A stretch of DNA of 64,000 nt from Octopus vulgaris. Its lineage: Eukaryota. Position 1 is the first letter of the stretch; each line of letters opens with the position of its first letter. Where the stretch lies: NCBI GenBank assembly GCA_951406725.2, contig OX597829.1:33232001-33296000 (forward strand), written 5' to 3'. Under the pieces are notes generated by a model that was given only the letters and a program-made list of their open reading frames with translations, ran no database searches and was not told the DNA's origin. Shown here piece by piece: positions 26,128 through 38,035 of this stretch. The position numbers and the translations under genes were made by a program.

Positions 26128-27109
26128 CTACAAATGAAAATAGATATTCAATAAATGAACAAGTTATTGAAACATTTAATTATCAAAATTAAATTACAAT
26201 AAAAAAAAAAAAAACAAGTATGTAAAACAAGGGTTTTACATACTTGTCCAATCATGTAGAAATAACATTCTAAACTTTCTTAAATGAAACTTTACTGTTT
26301 TAAAAAAAGGACACACATGAAAATGTAGTTGTAGATACACTATATCTGAATAAAAGACAGCATGGTGAATGCTGGGCATCATTAATCATAAATCTGGAGT
26401 TAAGTCACAAGAGAAACAAAATAGGGGAAAACAAAAGCAATAAAATATCAAATTCTTTGTTTATAATAAATTTTAATTTTCAAAAATTAAATCATTGCAA
26501 AACAAATATAAAACAAGAAAATATATTCCAATGCTTCTGTTTTTACTTTCTTTTTTGTTATTTAAGGCAAAATAAAGCACTTTTTTTTTGTATTTATATC
26601 TAGAAAGAATAAAAAAAATTGATTTGATCAATGGAAGGATCGGAAGGCTGAATGGATAAAGCAATGCAAAACATGCACACAGGTTTTAAGTTCAAATTGT
26701 TCATTTGCACCTGTCTTACTGAACAGAAAACTTTTCTTCTAGATAACCTCAGTACACCTATCATCAGTAATAGGTACTATATCAGCATACGTACCATTCA
26801 GTCTTTCCAACTGTCATCAATAGGTAACAGATCAATATAGGCTCATCAATCAGTTCACTTAACTGTCCTGTTAGTGGCAGGTATAAGGTCATTGTGGGCT
26901 CATCAGCCAGTTTACCAAGTGTCTGCAGTAATGAGTGTCTGATCAATTCAGTTTAGTCTCAGACCATAGTCCACTTAGTTGTTAAACAGATCATTATAGT
27001 TCAGTCACAGATTACAGTTTAACATCTGTTTTGGTCTGCCATCTTGCCACTGAATTCAGATCTCTGAGCATGTGCGCAGAGAGCAAACATTATCACCACC
27101 TAACTACAT

Positions 27110-27452
27110 CAGTGGTTTCCAACTATTTTTTTTACCTATGGACCCCTTTCAGTACTATTTTATTCTGGTGGACTCCCATAGCCCATTCAATGATTAAAAA
27201 CTAGTTTTATAGATACTTCCTTCAAAATTCCTATTTTGTTCATCACATATTCATTTGGGAAGTTTGAACTATTTAAAATGTTAGAGAAAGAAATCAAACT
27301 GTTTGTTGCAATAAATACATTTAAAGGAAAAATTTTTCATGGACCCTTAAAATACTATCATGGATACCAAATTTACTATTCTGCTTGCACCCCACCCCCC
27401 CATCTTATATGGGACCCTCAACGGTCATATGGATCCCAGTCAAGAGCCACTG
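27110..27452. mobile_element. hAT-like MITE in a POSH intron
   Basis: CAGTGG...CCACTG ends with an 8-bp TSD aactacat/aactacag. Confidence 0.75.
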
Positions 27453-28091
27453 AACTACAGTAACAAACAGTCACAAATCTTCTATTCATTGTAGCTTTCA
27501 TAATCAGCTATGGTCCTTTGGTTGGATGAATAAGTGGTCATTGTTAATTCTCACCTTGGTGACGGCTATTGATCTTTATCTAGTTTTCTCAGCAACCACT
27601 AGATTACAGGGCATGGAAACCTGTCAAAACATTCTCTAGCTCCATGAATATTAGGTGCAGTGGTTTGTTCTTAGCTGAGAACTTCTCTTATAGAAGAGTG
27701 TATTGGTAGTTCCTGTTTTGGCACAAACCCAAACTACAACACTTTGCTACTTCCTATACTACCAGTCTGACTATATGAGTAAAATATCCAACTTCGTTAG
27801 ATATTTTCCACATCTCAGCGACTATCCCTAATATACCAGATGAAATGTACTTGCAAAATGGCAACCATGACACACTAAGATTGTCTGAAGATTATGTTAA
27901 AGCTATATCAGACAAGAACATAAAATGATATCGTGCAGGAAAAGCATGCTTGAAAAATTGTTAAAATAAAAGGTAGCTGAAGCCAGACAGATAAAAAAAA
28001 AAAGAGATATTTAAAAAAATAAGTTAGTCACAAAAGAAAGGGTAGTATAAAGAAATAATGGCAGAGGCTAATAACATTTATAGGTCCCTAC

Positions 28092-28133
28092 TCCCAGATT
28101 GGTGCGGATGAAGACAATGATGAACTTAAACAC
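28092..28133 (-). CDS. Candidate 42-nt phase 2-2 cassette exon of POSH, (R)CLSSSLSSSAPIW(E)
   Basis: catttcattgcag| acceptor and GA|gtaggg donor; preserves frame between exons 28996 and 26127. No homology support. Confidence 0.3.
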
Positions 28134-28530
28134 CTGCAATGAAATGGGTACTTGGAGATAATAGGGGTTTGATCTGAATGTTTACAACAGAGTCAACTCT
28201 ACAAAAACAATCCTAGGTTCTGGTGATACTCTTGTTGCTGCAACTATTGTGTAGTCCCAAGTTAACCCTGGTAGAGTACAACTACATTCAGAAGCATTCT
28301 ATCTCTCTCACTTCTTACATTATCCGATGTGTTCTTCCTCATGCCAAAATAGACCTTGTCAGCACTGGTATCACATAAAAGCACCCACTCCATGCTATAA
28401 AGTGTTTGGCATTAGAAAGGGTATCCAGCCATAGAAACCATACCAAAGTAGTAGAATTTGATGCACTCCTCTTGTTTAACAGCTCCAGTCAAACCATCCA
28501 AGCAGTGTCAGCATGGAAGATGCATATTGA

Positions 28531-28561
<31 letters not shown>

Positions 28562-28634
28562 CCAAGCAGGTTGAGGAACTGCATATGCAAAGACTCACTT
28601 TTTGGCTAGAGGAAATTTCTGTTTTATACCTATT

Positions 28635-28863
28635 TCTTTATTACCCACAAGGGGCTAAACACAGAGGGGACAAACAAGGACAGACATAGTTTTAAGTCAA
28701 TTATATCGACCCCAGTGTGTAACTGGTACTTATTTAATCGACCCCGAAAGGATGAAAGGCGAAGTCGACCTCGGCGGAATTTGAACTCACAACGTAACGA
28801 CAGACGAAACACGGCTACGCATTTCGCCCAGTGTGCTAACGTTTCTGCCAGCTCGCCGCCTTG
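28635..28863 (-). mobile_element. tRNA-like SINE family A
   Basis: Reverse homologue of 3578-3810; possible TSD acctatt. Confidence 0.88.
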
Positions 28864-28995
28864 AAACCTATTGGCCAAAGTTGAAGCACTCATATACTTG
28901 GAGATAGTATTAAACCAAGTAACTCAAATTTCTCTTATAGATTCCTTAAAGAAGGAAAAAAAAAAAAAGTTGTGAACATGTCAGAATTAATTTAC

Positions 28996-29126
28996 CTTGC
29001 ATGACTTGTATCAGGTGTAACTTGAAATATCGTGTTTTCAGCATCGGAGGGGGACTTTGTCTTCTTGTTTTTACCCAGAGTTAATCTTTTCACTAAACTA
29101 GGCTTGTCTCGTTCCTTCTTTTCTTT
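28996..29126 (-). CDS. SH3RF1: SH3RF1/POSH exon (basic region)
   Basis: ag|KEKKERDKPSLVKRLTLGKNKKTKSPSDAENTIFQVTPDTSHA-AG|gtaaat; phases 0 and 2 fit both neighbours. Confidence 0.88.
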
Positions 29127-29159
29127 CTATAAAATAGATAATGAAACAAATTAGTATTA

Positions 29160-29196
<37 letters not shown>

Positions 29197-29197
<1 letters not shown>

Positions 29198-29622
29198 GGC
29201 CAACAGACCAGATATAGTTGTCAGAGATCATGAAGAAAAAAAAATGCTTTCTAATTGATGTATCAATACCGGCAGATGACAACGTGTCTCTAAAAGAAAT
29301 GGAGAAACTCTCAAAATACAAAGACCTGGAAATAGAGGTAACCAGAATGTGGAATCTGAAAACAGAAACAATTCCTATCATAGTAGGTGCATTAGGCATG
29401 ATAAAAAAATATATTCAGACAAATACATAACAAAAACACCAGGACTTACAAACACATATAACATACAGAAAATTGCACTACTAGGCACTGCACACATCCT
29501 ACGCAGAACACTTTCCATACAATAACCATCAGAGCATCACAACAAATCACAGCACATACCCAAGGCACACAGAGCTGTGCTCGGTAGTGAAGTGAAAGCA
29601 CGCTATAAAAATAAAACTACTG
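29197..29622 (+). mobile_element. Dong/R4-like LINE 3' end inserted in (TAA)n
   Basis: RPDIVV...CFLIDVSIPADDNVSLKEMEKLSKYKDLEIE...IPIIVGALG; (TAA)n on both sides. Confidence 0.88.
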
Positions 29623-29899
29623 AATAATAATAATAATAATAATAAAGATGACGATATAATAAAAATTATTTCTAACATTAAGAACAAAGCAACAAGTTTT
29701 GCAGGAATAGATCATGCTACACAACTGCACACCACATCTGATGCCTCTTATGCCCAATTTGCTTTGTCATATGTGTACACTGACATTACACATCCATTGG
29801 AGCGTATTTGTTTCATACTTTTCAAGTCCTCGCCTGTCCTCTGTATCCACAGACCAAGTTCAACTAACAATTCTGTCAGCTCTCCGCCTTTATCATAAC

Positions 29900-31620
29900 A
29901 ATAATAATCGACATATGTAGAATAGCTGAGAACGTGTGTGCACTGATTAAGAACAGCAGGCCTAATTGGAAAACGTCTTTTCTGTAACAACCAGTACTTA
30001 GCTGAGGTAACAATCAAAAGAAGTATCTTCCAAGGAGATTCTTGTTCACCTTTATTTGCCTTGATCCCACTTTCTTTAGTTCTATGCAATGTCAACATGC
30101 ACTATTGAACTGAGAAAGAATAGGCCTTGTCTCAACCACCTCTTCATAGATAACTTAAAACTGTTCACAAAAACAGATCCTGAAATGGAAAGGCTTCATG
30201 AGATGTCCAGCAAGGATATAGGGATGGAATTTTGTATCTCAAAGTTTGCAGTGCTCACTTTGAAATGGGGAAAAAGAGCAGATTGTAGGGGCATAGAGTT
30301 GCCAAATGGAGAGTGAGTGGGAGACCTGGATGATGATGGGTACAAGTACCTTGGGATCCTGGAGCTGGACAATATCTTGCACAAAGAAATGAAAGACAAG
30401 GTCACTGCATATCTGAAACGCCTCAAACTTCTCTTGAAGTCAAAACTCAACACCCAGAACCTTGTATCTGCCATCAACATATGGGCTGTCTGCTATAGTG
30501 CACCCATTCTGATATGGACATGAGAGGAGAATGACCAACTCGATTGCACTACTCGAAAGACAATGCATGGTGCTCTCCACCCTGAGGTGAACATACACAG
30601 GCTCTAAATGAAGAAGCATAAAGGTGGAAATGGCTTGATTAGTGAACAAGAATACATCATCAGTAAAAGAAGAAACATGGCACAGTATTTGGTAAACAGC
30701 AAACAAGACCTGCTACAGAGTGCTGTTAATGCAGAAGGATTTACCAGCAATGGACTTCAGAGTGCTAATGAATACCAATCATGAATAGTCAATGAGAGAA
30801 GAAACTCTACTCCGCATGGAAGTATACAGTCAGTTCCACTATGAAACTAACAACTTAAAAGACCAGGAAGTATCATGGAGATGGCTCAGCAAGGGTGACC
30901 TTAAAAAGAAGATTGAAAGCCTAATCATCGCTGCCCTGGATCAGGCATTAAATACCAACTCAGTGAAAAAGGATGTATACCACACAAATGTAAACAAACC
31001 TCTACAGAATGTGTAGGGAAGAAGGTTGAAAGTGTGATTCACATTGATAGTGCTCGTAAAAGTCTTGCACAGGAAAAGTACAAGCACAAACATGACAAGG
31101 TAGCCCAAAACCTTCACTGCCTACTATGCTGGATACGAGGTAATGGGTGCTTGAAACCAACATACACCGGAAAAGGTAATGGATGAAAAGGTGTTAGAGT
31201 ACCAAAGGCCAGATATAGTAACTTTTAGGAGGGACAAACAAGAGTACCTAATAATTGACGTAGCAGTGCCAGGAGATCAACATTTTATCATGAAAGAAAG
31301 AGAAAAGATTGATAAATATGGAGACCTTAAATATGGAAACTTGAAAATTAAGATCACCAAGATGGGGCAGCTACAAGAGTCTAACATAAAGGTTGTTCCT
31401 GTTGTCATTGGAACATTGAGTTCCAATGACAACATTTCCTGAAAAAACATCTGGAAACTTTAGAAATACCCTACAATGTAGGTGTATTGCAAAAATTGGT
31501 TTTACTTGGAACAGCATGCATACTGTGTAAAGTACTGCCTGTTTGAGGTCCTTGTTGTGACTTGACAGACAGTAGAAACCCCTGGCAGGCACAATATCTT
31601 CAATCAACAACATCAATCAT
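29900..31620 (+). mobile_element. Decayed Dong/R4-clade LINE (RT, zinc knuckle, restriction-like endonuclease)
   Basis: SIFQGDSCSPL, NHLFIDNLKL, YKYLGILE, ESLIIAALDQAL, RPDIV...IIDVAVPGD...EKIDKY. Confidence 0.88.
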
Positions 31621-31849
31621 ATTGGATACTGGGCAACATCTTTGATGCCGCCACTGAGGATGATGATGATGGTTTATTCTACAAGTACAAGGCCAGTAAT
31701 CTTGAGAAGAGGGAGTTAGTTGCTACCATTGACCCTAATAGTTAACTAATACTTTTTTTTAACCCTGAAAAGATAAAAGCAAAGTTGACTTCAGTAACCG
31801 GTAACTTTCAGGAAAGTGTGGCATGGGTCTATGAGGATAGCAACCTCAT

Positions 31850-32875
31850 GCACAGCACTTGTGAAAGGGCACCAAATCGGCAATAGAAACCGAGACCACA
31901 CAACACCCCCAGAGTCTCCCAAGAGGAGGGGAGAATGAGAAACTCAACAGGATGGATTTAATGGAAACAACCAAGAATGATTTATGGACACAGACATTGC
32001 CCCAAACATCATTAACTGGGGAAGTACTGGGAGTAAAAATTCTTCTGGGGAAAGATCTCCAAGAACACAAAAGTGCACAAATACATTGAGTCAGGTCTGA
32101 CTAGAAAAGAAGAGCCACTTGTGGTAGCAACTGGTGAGATGCAGAACTCCAGATAGAAAGCATCCCAAAGAAATGGAAATCTCTCATCACCTGTGTCATC
32201 TCAAGTGCTCAAGAGGGGCAACCCACCCAATACCACCTCAGAGGGCCAATCCTACTCAGCAAGAGTTTGAATTAAATGGCCCAAAATGAATGAAGCGAAG
32301 AAATGGCAACAACTAGACCAAGACCTCAACAAAATATTAAAATGTATGCTGGCAAAAAGTGAATGTTCTTGTAACTATCGCATTCAAATTGGTAAAAAAC
32401 CACTTTGGAAGAGAAGATAGATCAGTTATCATGACAATCAAAAAGAAGCATAGCAAAAGAGAATGAGAGATGCACTACCTGAGGAGAGAAATCAAGACCC
32501 TCAATAAGCAGTATAAGAGAGCTCCTGCTGAAGAAAGGGAAGACATCAAGGACATAACAAGTCAGTTCCAAGAATGTTTGAGCAGGCTTAGAAGTGCAGA
32601 AAGCACCTAGAAGTGAAAGAAAGAAAAGGAGACCAAACAGGCACAGTTTATCAAGAACCCTTCCAGGTTCACCTGAATACTGTTGGGTGAGATCAAATTA
32701 GGGAAACTGACCAGCCCCAGAGAAGAGGTAGAAGCGGAGACCCACAATGACAACCTCAGAAACCAAGCCATTGATGCCAATCCAAATGTCAGTAGAGCTG
32801 AATTACCAGGAAACAAGCTTAATATCAACTGTTCATCCTGGAAAGAAGTGTAAGAGATGGCGAAGAAGTCCTTTT
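31850..32875 (+). mobile_element. R2-group (HERO-like) LINE N-terminal ORF remnant
   Basis: IKWPKMNEAKKWQQLDQDL...RLRSAES...FIKNPSRFT.ILLGEIKLGKL. Clade assignment is from memory of the family. Confidence 0.6.
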
Positions 32876-33019
32876 GAACCATTCAGCAATGAAGAGCTGG
32901 TAGTGATTTGTTGAAACAATTGTAGTGGCATGTAATAAAGCATGTTCAATCTATCTTCTCTTATTAACATTTTTGTCGTCGTTTAACGTCCGTTCTCCAT
33001 GCTATAGATTTCCACATGT

Positions 33020-33625
33020 ATATTGCAGGGAAATAGACACAATACTAATCCCTTTGGATAAATGGGCCTGTTCTATATGTAGACAAAGTGTAGATAGAAA
33101 TTCCATATGACATGCTCAACACAAACTATGGACACACAAAAGATGCAGTGAAATCACAGAAAGGTTATCAGAGAAGTATAACTCATGTTCTGAAATGCTC
33201 CAGAGGCTCCACAGGAAAAGTAGATAGTTTCTATCTAGTTGACCTAATTAGCAGTGGAGGAGGGGGCTCAATAAGTGTAGCTGTTGCAATATGGGTTGGG
33301 TGGAGGAAGTTGAGAACTTTTACCCCTGTTGGTAGCAAAAAGCTTCTCTCTGAGAATGAATGATACCGCTGTACAAACAGCAATGCTACATGGCAGTGAA
33401 ACTGGTCTGTGAATGTAGAGGACAAGCAAAAAAGACTGTGCTGGTATAGTCGCGGATGGATGAGGACAACTGTATAAAGAAGTGTTGATCGCTAATTGTG
33501 GAAGGGGCAGACCTGGGATAAAGTGGTGAAGACTGGCATCAAGATGTTGAGCCTTTCAGAGGAGATGATGGGGGACCAAGATGAATGTCATTAGATTACA
33601 CTTGAGAAGATTCATCCATCTGAAT
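33020..33625 (+). mobile_element. Old RTE LINE 3' fragment
   Basis: KWACSICRQSVDRNSI, KVDSFYL, AMLHGSETG. Confidence 0.75.
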
Positions 33626-34726
33626 AGAACTGAGGCTCTGCGAAACCTTCTCCCACAACTCTTCTATTTTTTTCACTACTCATTATACTGAACTGATATT
33701 CTCTATGTCTAACTCATTCCCTATCTCTAATCATCTGAAAAATTGTTTTCACAGAGTGCACTTCTTATTCTGGCTCATATTCAGGTTAAACCTGCACTTC
33801 ACATCTCTTTTTTTCTTCTTTCTCTTCATTTTCCAGGTGAGCAAGCCTCTTCTGCAAAATCCCTGCTCTCCTTCTATCGTTGTTTCTTACAACTCCAGTC
33901 AATAACCTGCTCAGTTGAGGGGTCTCATCTTGCAGGTACTTGGTGACCTCACTAGTGCTGGTGCCACATAAATCTTAATGTTGTTTACAGTGAGTTACTT
34001 TGATATCAATTTCAAGCTTCAAGTAGCAGTTTTCAAACAAACCTTTTCTTTCTCTTCTTCACAAATGCTTTTGTATTCTTTATATATATATATATAAAAT
34101 TTATTTTCATTTTATTTTTATCCTTTATTTATTATTTATTATTTTTTCTTCTCCTTTTTTTGTATATATTTTTTTGTATGTATACTTATAAGGAAATCTT
34201 TTGCTGTTTAAGCAACCAGTAAAACATATTTTTCAGTTCGAAAACGGCTACTTTGAAATTTGAAGCTCATATCAGTGTAACTCACTGTAAACAAAGTTGT
34301 TATTAAGATTAAAATAAAAATTATCTCCTTAAAAAGCCATCTCTACTAATTCTTTCAAATATATATAATACTCATTGATACTCTTGAGTTTCAAGCGTGA
34401 TGCTAGTCTTCAGGCATTTAGAATTTAAAATTCAAAATGGCTGACAATTAGCATCACCCCTGAAACTCAAGAATATCAAAAACTTTGAATCAAACTGTTT
34501 TGATCCATATATCTCAAATTTGATTAGAGGTTGTATTAATCTCATGAAGGGATGGTTTCATCCAAGGAAATACTGGTCGAATACTTAATATTTTGGGGCA
34601 ATTAATTTCCTTAAAATAATAGGTATCTATATATAAACATATAGTTTATATCCATATAAAAAGAGAAAAAGAAAATGGAGGCCGGGAAGTTAATAATTGT
34701 TTATTATTAACAACAAATCAATCATC

Positions 34727-34811
34727 ATCCCTTACATCTGTTTCAATTAATACTCAGTGAATCTAATTAAATATTAAATTCATATGACTTCAGCATAGTA
34801 TCTTCAGGGGG
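34727..34811 (-). ncRNA. Hammerhead-like motif, sense to the POSH pre-mRNA
   Basis: Minus strand cccc-CTGAAGA-(long hairpin)-GAAAC-AGAT-GTA-aggga. Confidence 0.5.
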
Positions 34812-35993
34812 GAAAAAAAATATACCCTTGGATGTTTTATGTGTATTTATGGATTCATTATAGTGGTCTGAATGATAATGTTTACAATATGTATTTTTAT
34901 GTTTTGGTGAGGGTTTTAAAATTCTGCAACCATCTTTATTTAATTTATTCATTTATTACTTTAATTCGATTTACCTACTCTTTCTTATCTCCAATCAACC
35001 TGCAAACCCCATGCTCGAACATATCAAAGTACAAATCATAAACAGTATCATTCAGTCTGCTATAATGAATCTGTAGAGACTTCATTTAGGCATAGAGTAG
35101 ATTCGAACCTGAATCTGCCAATTTCCTTTAACATTTCAACAGATAGGTTCGCTAGCCTGATTTATGTCTTTGCCACTTAGCCCCTACTAACCTTTTGTAT
35201 GCGGTAAAGAGTTTAATTGACAGAACAATAAGACCTCCCAAAATATCCATTGTTTGGATAACGGTAGTCTCGGTATCTTGCGATAATTATATATACAGAA
35301 GATTCCCAAGCAAAAGTTAGTTATTGAGAGCAATCGACAGAGCGGAGGCTGAATGGCTCAAACAAAATGCTGTCTCGACTGAAGCAACGTCACAGAGTGA
35401 CAACTATGAAATTAACTGTCTTATCCCACACTCTCTCGCTTTCATTAGCTCAATTTCTTTTCTCTGCAAAATTATTATATCGAGTGACTTGATCTGAGAT
35501 CGTGTGCTGGAACGAAAACAATTGCAGCATGGAAGGTGTTTATAGTACAAAGCTTTGTCAGTGAACAGGTCACGGTCTCAAAGCGACGAAAATATTTTGA
35601 CAAATTAAATTTAAATGTTGAAGTGAATCTAACGGTTTTGTGTGTTTCTTAAATGGCTTATAAACACCTTCCACGATGCAACATTACCATATCTCTCTCT
35701 ATTTACTACTATAAGATTGTGTACACACATATACAGACTGAAATTAACTTTCTTTACCTCTCATGCTTTACGAAATATATTATACACCTGCCTGTTGAGG
35801 TATGACATATATTAAAGTAATGGTAAATAAATTTGGAGTCAACATTAACTTCGTCCACTGTTTTTCTTTCATCTTGCACATCTGCAACATCAACACCTGT
35901 TACAATTGGTAACTGCTGACACCCAACATATATCATCGCAATTACCCTTACAAATCCATAAATACACATAAAACATCCAAGGGTATATTTTTT

Positions 35994-36077
35994 TCCCCCT
36001 GAAGATACTATGCTTAAGTCATATGAATTTAATTTTAATTAGATTCACTGAGTATTAATTGAAACAGCTGTAAGGGA
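35994..36077 (+). ncRNA. Hammerhead-like motif, antisense to POSH
   Basis: tcccc-CTGAAGA (35999-36005), 55-nt hairpin, GAAAC-AGCT-GTA (36061-36072), aggga. Confidence 0.55.
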
Positions 36078-36179
36078 TGATGATTGATTTGTTGTTAAAC
36101 AATTATTAACTTCTCAATCTCCATTTTCTTTTTCTTCCTTTATATATATATACATATACATATGACCATTCCAAAATAT

Positions 36180-36224
<45 letters not shown>

Positions 36225-36227
<3 letters not shown>

Positions 36228-36915
36228 TGCAGCGGACATGTGAAAGCTAGAGAGGAATGAGACTAGTGTGCTCTGCTGGATGTGTACTGTAAGTGTACAT
36301 GTGAGACAGAGTGATAGTGTATTGAGAGAGAAGTTAGGCATAAAAGAGGAATTAGAAGCACTGGTTTGGCTACATGATGCAGATGGATGTTAACAGCTCC
36401 ATAAAGAATCTCTGAAGGTGGATGGAACTCGCAAAAGAAGGAGACCCAGGAAGACACAGGACAAAGTTCAGAACACCAAACATTTTGGATGAGATGACAA
36501 AGGATTGAGATATCTGGCACTTTGCTGCAATCAAAAAGACCCTTACTCCGCAGCTGAAGTGTTAAGGCTGCATCCTTTGGTGAAGAGGATTAGCCTGTAT
36601 GAGTCCTGCACCAGTGGAATGTAAAAAGCACTTGTGCCACTGCCATGTAAGGAAACTCGTGCCAGTGGTACATTAAAAGCACCCAGCCATAGAAACCAAG
36701 CCAAATCAGACTGGAACCTGATGCAGCTTGCCAGCCTCTGGTCAAACCATCCAACCAATATCAGCATGGAAAACATATGTCGGCATGGGTTGGACAGTTT
36801 GACCAGAGCTGGAACACTGGGAAGCTGCATCGGGTTTTAGTTTGATTTGGATTGACTTCAATGGCTGGATACCCTTCTTAACACTTGGCAAACTGGGAAG
36901 CTGCACCAGGTTTCA
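36225..36915 (+). mobile_element. Old RTE 3' fragment followed by inverted tail pieces
   Basis: Decayed RTE C-terminus and 3'UTR; orientation switches at about 36780. Confidence 0.65.
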
Positions 36916-36917
36916 GT

Positions 36918-37315
36918 CTGTGTGGTAAGAAACTTGCTTCCCAACCACATAGTTCTGGGTTCAGTTCCACTGCGTGGCATCATGGGCAAATGTCTTCTAC
37001 TATAGTCTCGGATTGACCAAAGCCTTGTCAGTGGATTTGGTAGATGGAAACTGAAAGAAGCCCGTCATATATATGTGCATGTGTGTGTGTTTGTCCCCTT
37101 GCCATCGCTTGACAACTGATGTTGGTGTGTTTATGCCACTGTAACTTAGCAGTTTGGCAAAAGAGCCAACAGAATAAGTACTAAGCTTACAAAGAATAAG
37201 TACTAGGCTTACAAAGAATAAGTTCTAGGGTTGATTTCTTCGACTAAAACCCTTTAAGGTGGTGCTCCAGCATGTCCACAGTCAAATAAATGAAACAAGT
37301 CAAAGAATAAAAGAA
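36918..37315 (+). mobile_element. SINE family B
   Basis: Homologous to 56880-57325. Confidence 0.85.
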
Positions 37316-37429
37316 TGTATATTTTTTTTATACTTCTTCCACTGTATTGTATATTTGTTACTTTTTGCATCTGTTATTTATTATTCATCTTATATAAAAA
37401 CGAAGCTGTATCCTTTAATTTGCTGGGAA

Positions 37430-37872
37430 GCAAAGTGGCTGAGTTCATTTCGAGTGTAAGGCCTCACAGAGGCAAAGTGGCTGAGTTCCTTTTGAGTGTT
37501 GGGCCTCATGGAGGTAAAGTGGTTGAGTTCCTTTCGAGTTTTGGGCTTCACAGAGGCAATGACCAAGACCTTTGGCATTATGTCATACTTGCGAAGACTC
37601 ATCAAGCCAAGTAAAATCACTGTTGTGACAGATACTGATGTTACACAAATTGGTGCATAAACACAATCCAGTGTCAATGCAAATGGCACCCATGCTGGTG
37701 GCACATAAAAGCACCCATTACACTCTGAGTGGTTGGCATTAGGAAGGGGATCCAGCCGTAGAAAACCATGCCAAATCAAACTGGAGCCTGATGCACTTCC
37801 AGCTTGCCAGCCCAGTCAAATCGTCCAACCCATGCCAGCATGGACAAAGGGTGTTAAATGATGATGATGATG
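37430..37872 (+). mobile_element. RTE-type 3'UTR with tandem units and a (GAT)n tail
   Basis: Three ~40-bp caaagtggctgagttc units followed by the standard tail. Confidence 0.75.
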
Positions 37873-37925
37873 AAACCAGGAAGATGTCTTACAGAACAGT
37901 CATTATTTTAACAAGATACATCTTG

Positions 37926-38035
37926 TAATCACCTGAAGAGACATATCTACACCACTGGATGCACCTAAACCAGTTGTTTAGTATCTCACCTGTGAGGGAT
38001 CGATGCTAGATGGGTTGAAACAATTGTAGTGATTA
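37926..38035 (+). ncRNA. Type I hammerhead ribozyme with intact core and a branched, extended helix II
   Basis: TAATCAC-CTGAAGA (37933-37939), 77-nt branched stem, GAAAC-AATT-GTA (38017-38028), GTGATTA. Helix I is a perfect 7 bp, loop III is palindromic and the site is GUA. Confidence 0.72.

Larger units (their letters stand above)
34655..36145. mobile_element. Penelope-like module with ~200-bp inverted arms (34655-34858 / 35952-36145), each holding a hammerhead motif
   Basis: Arms are reverse complements and carry CTGAAGA...GAAAC-AG(C/A)T-GTA; TA-rich flanks. Confidence 0.72.
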
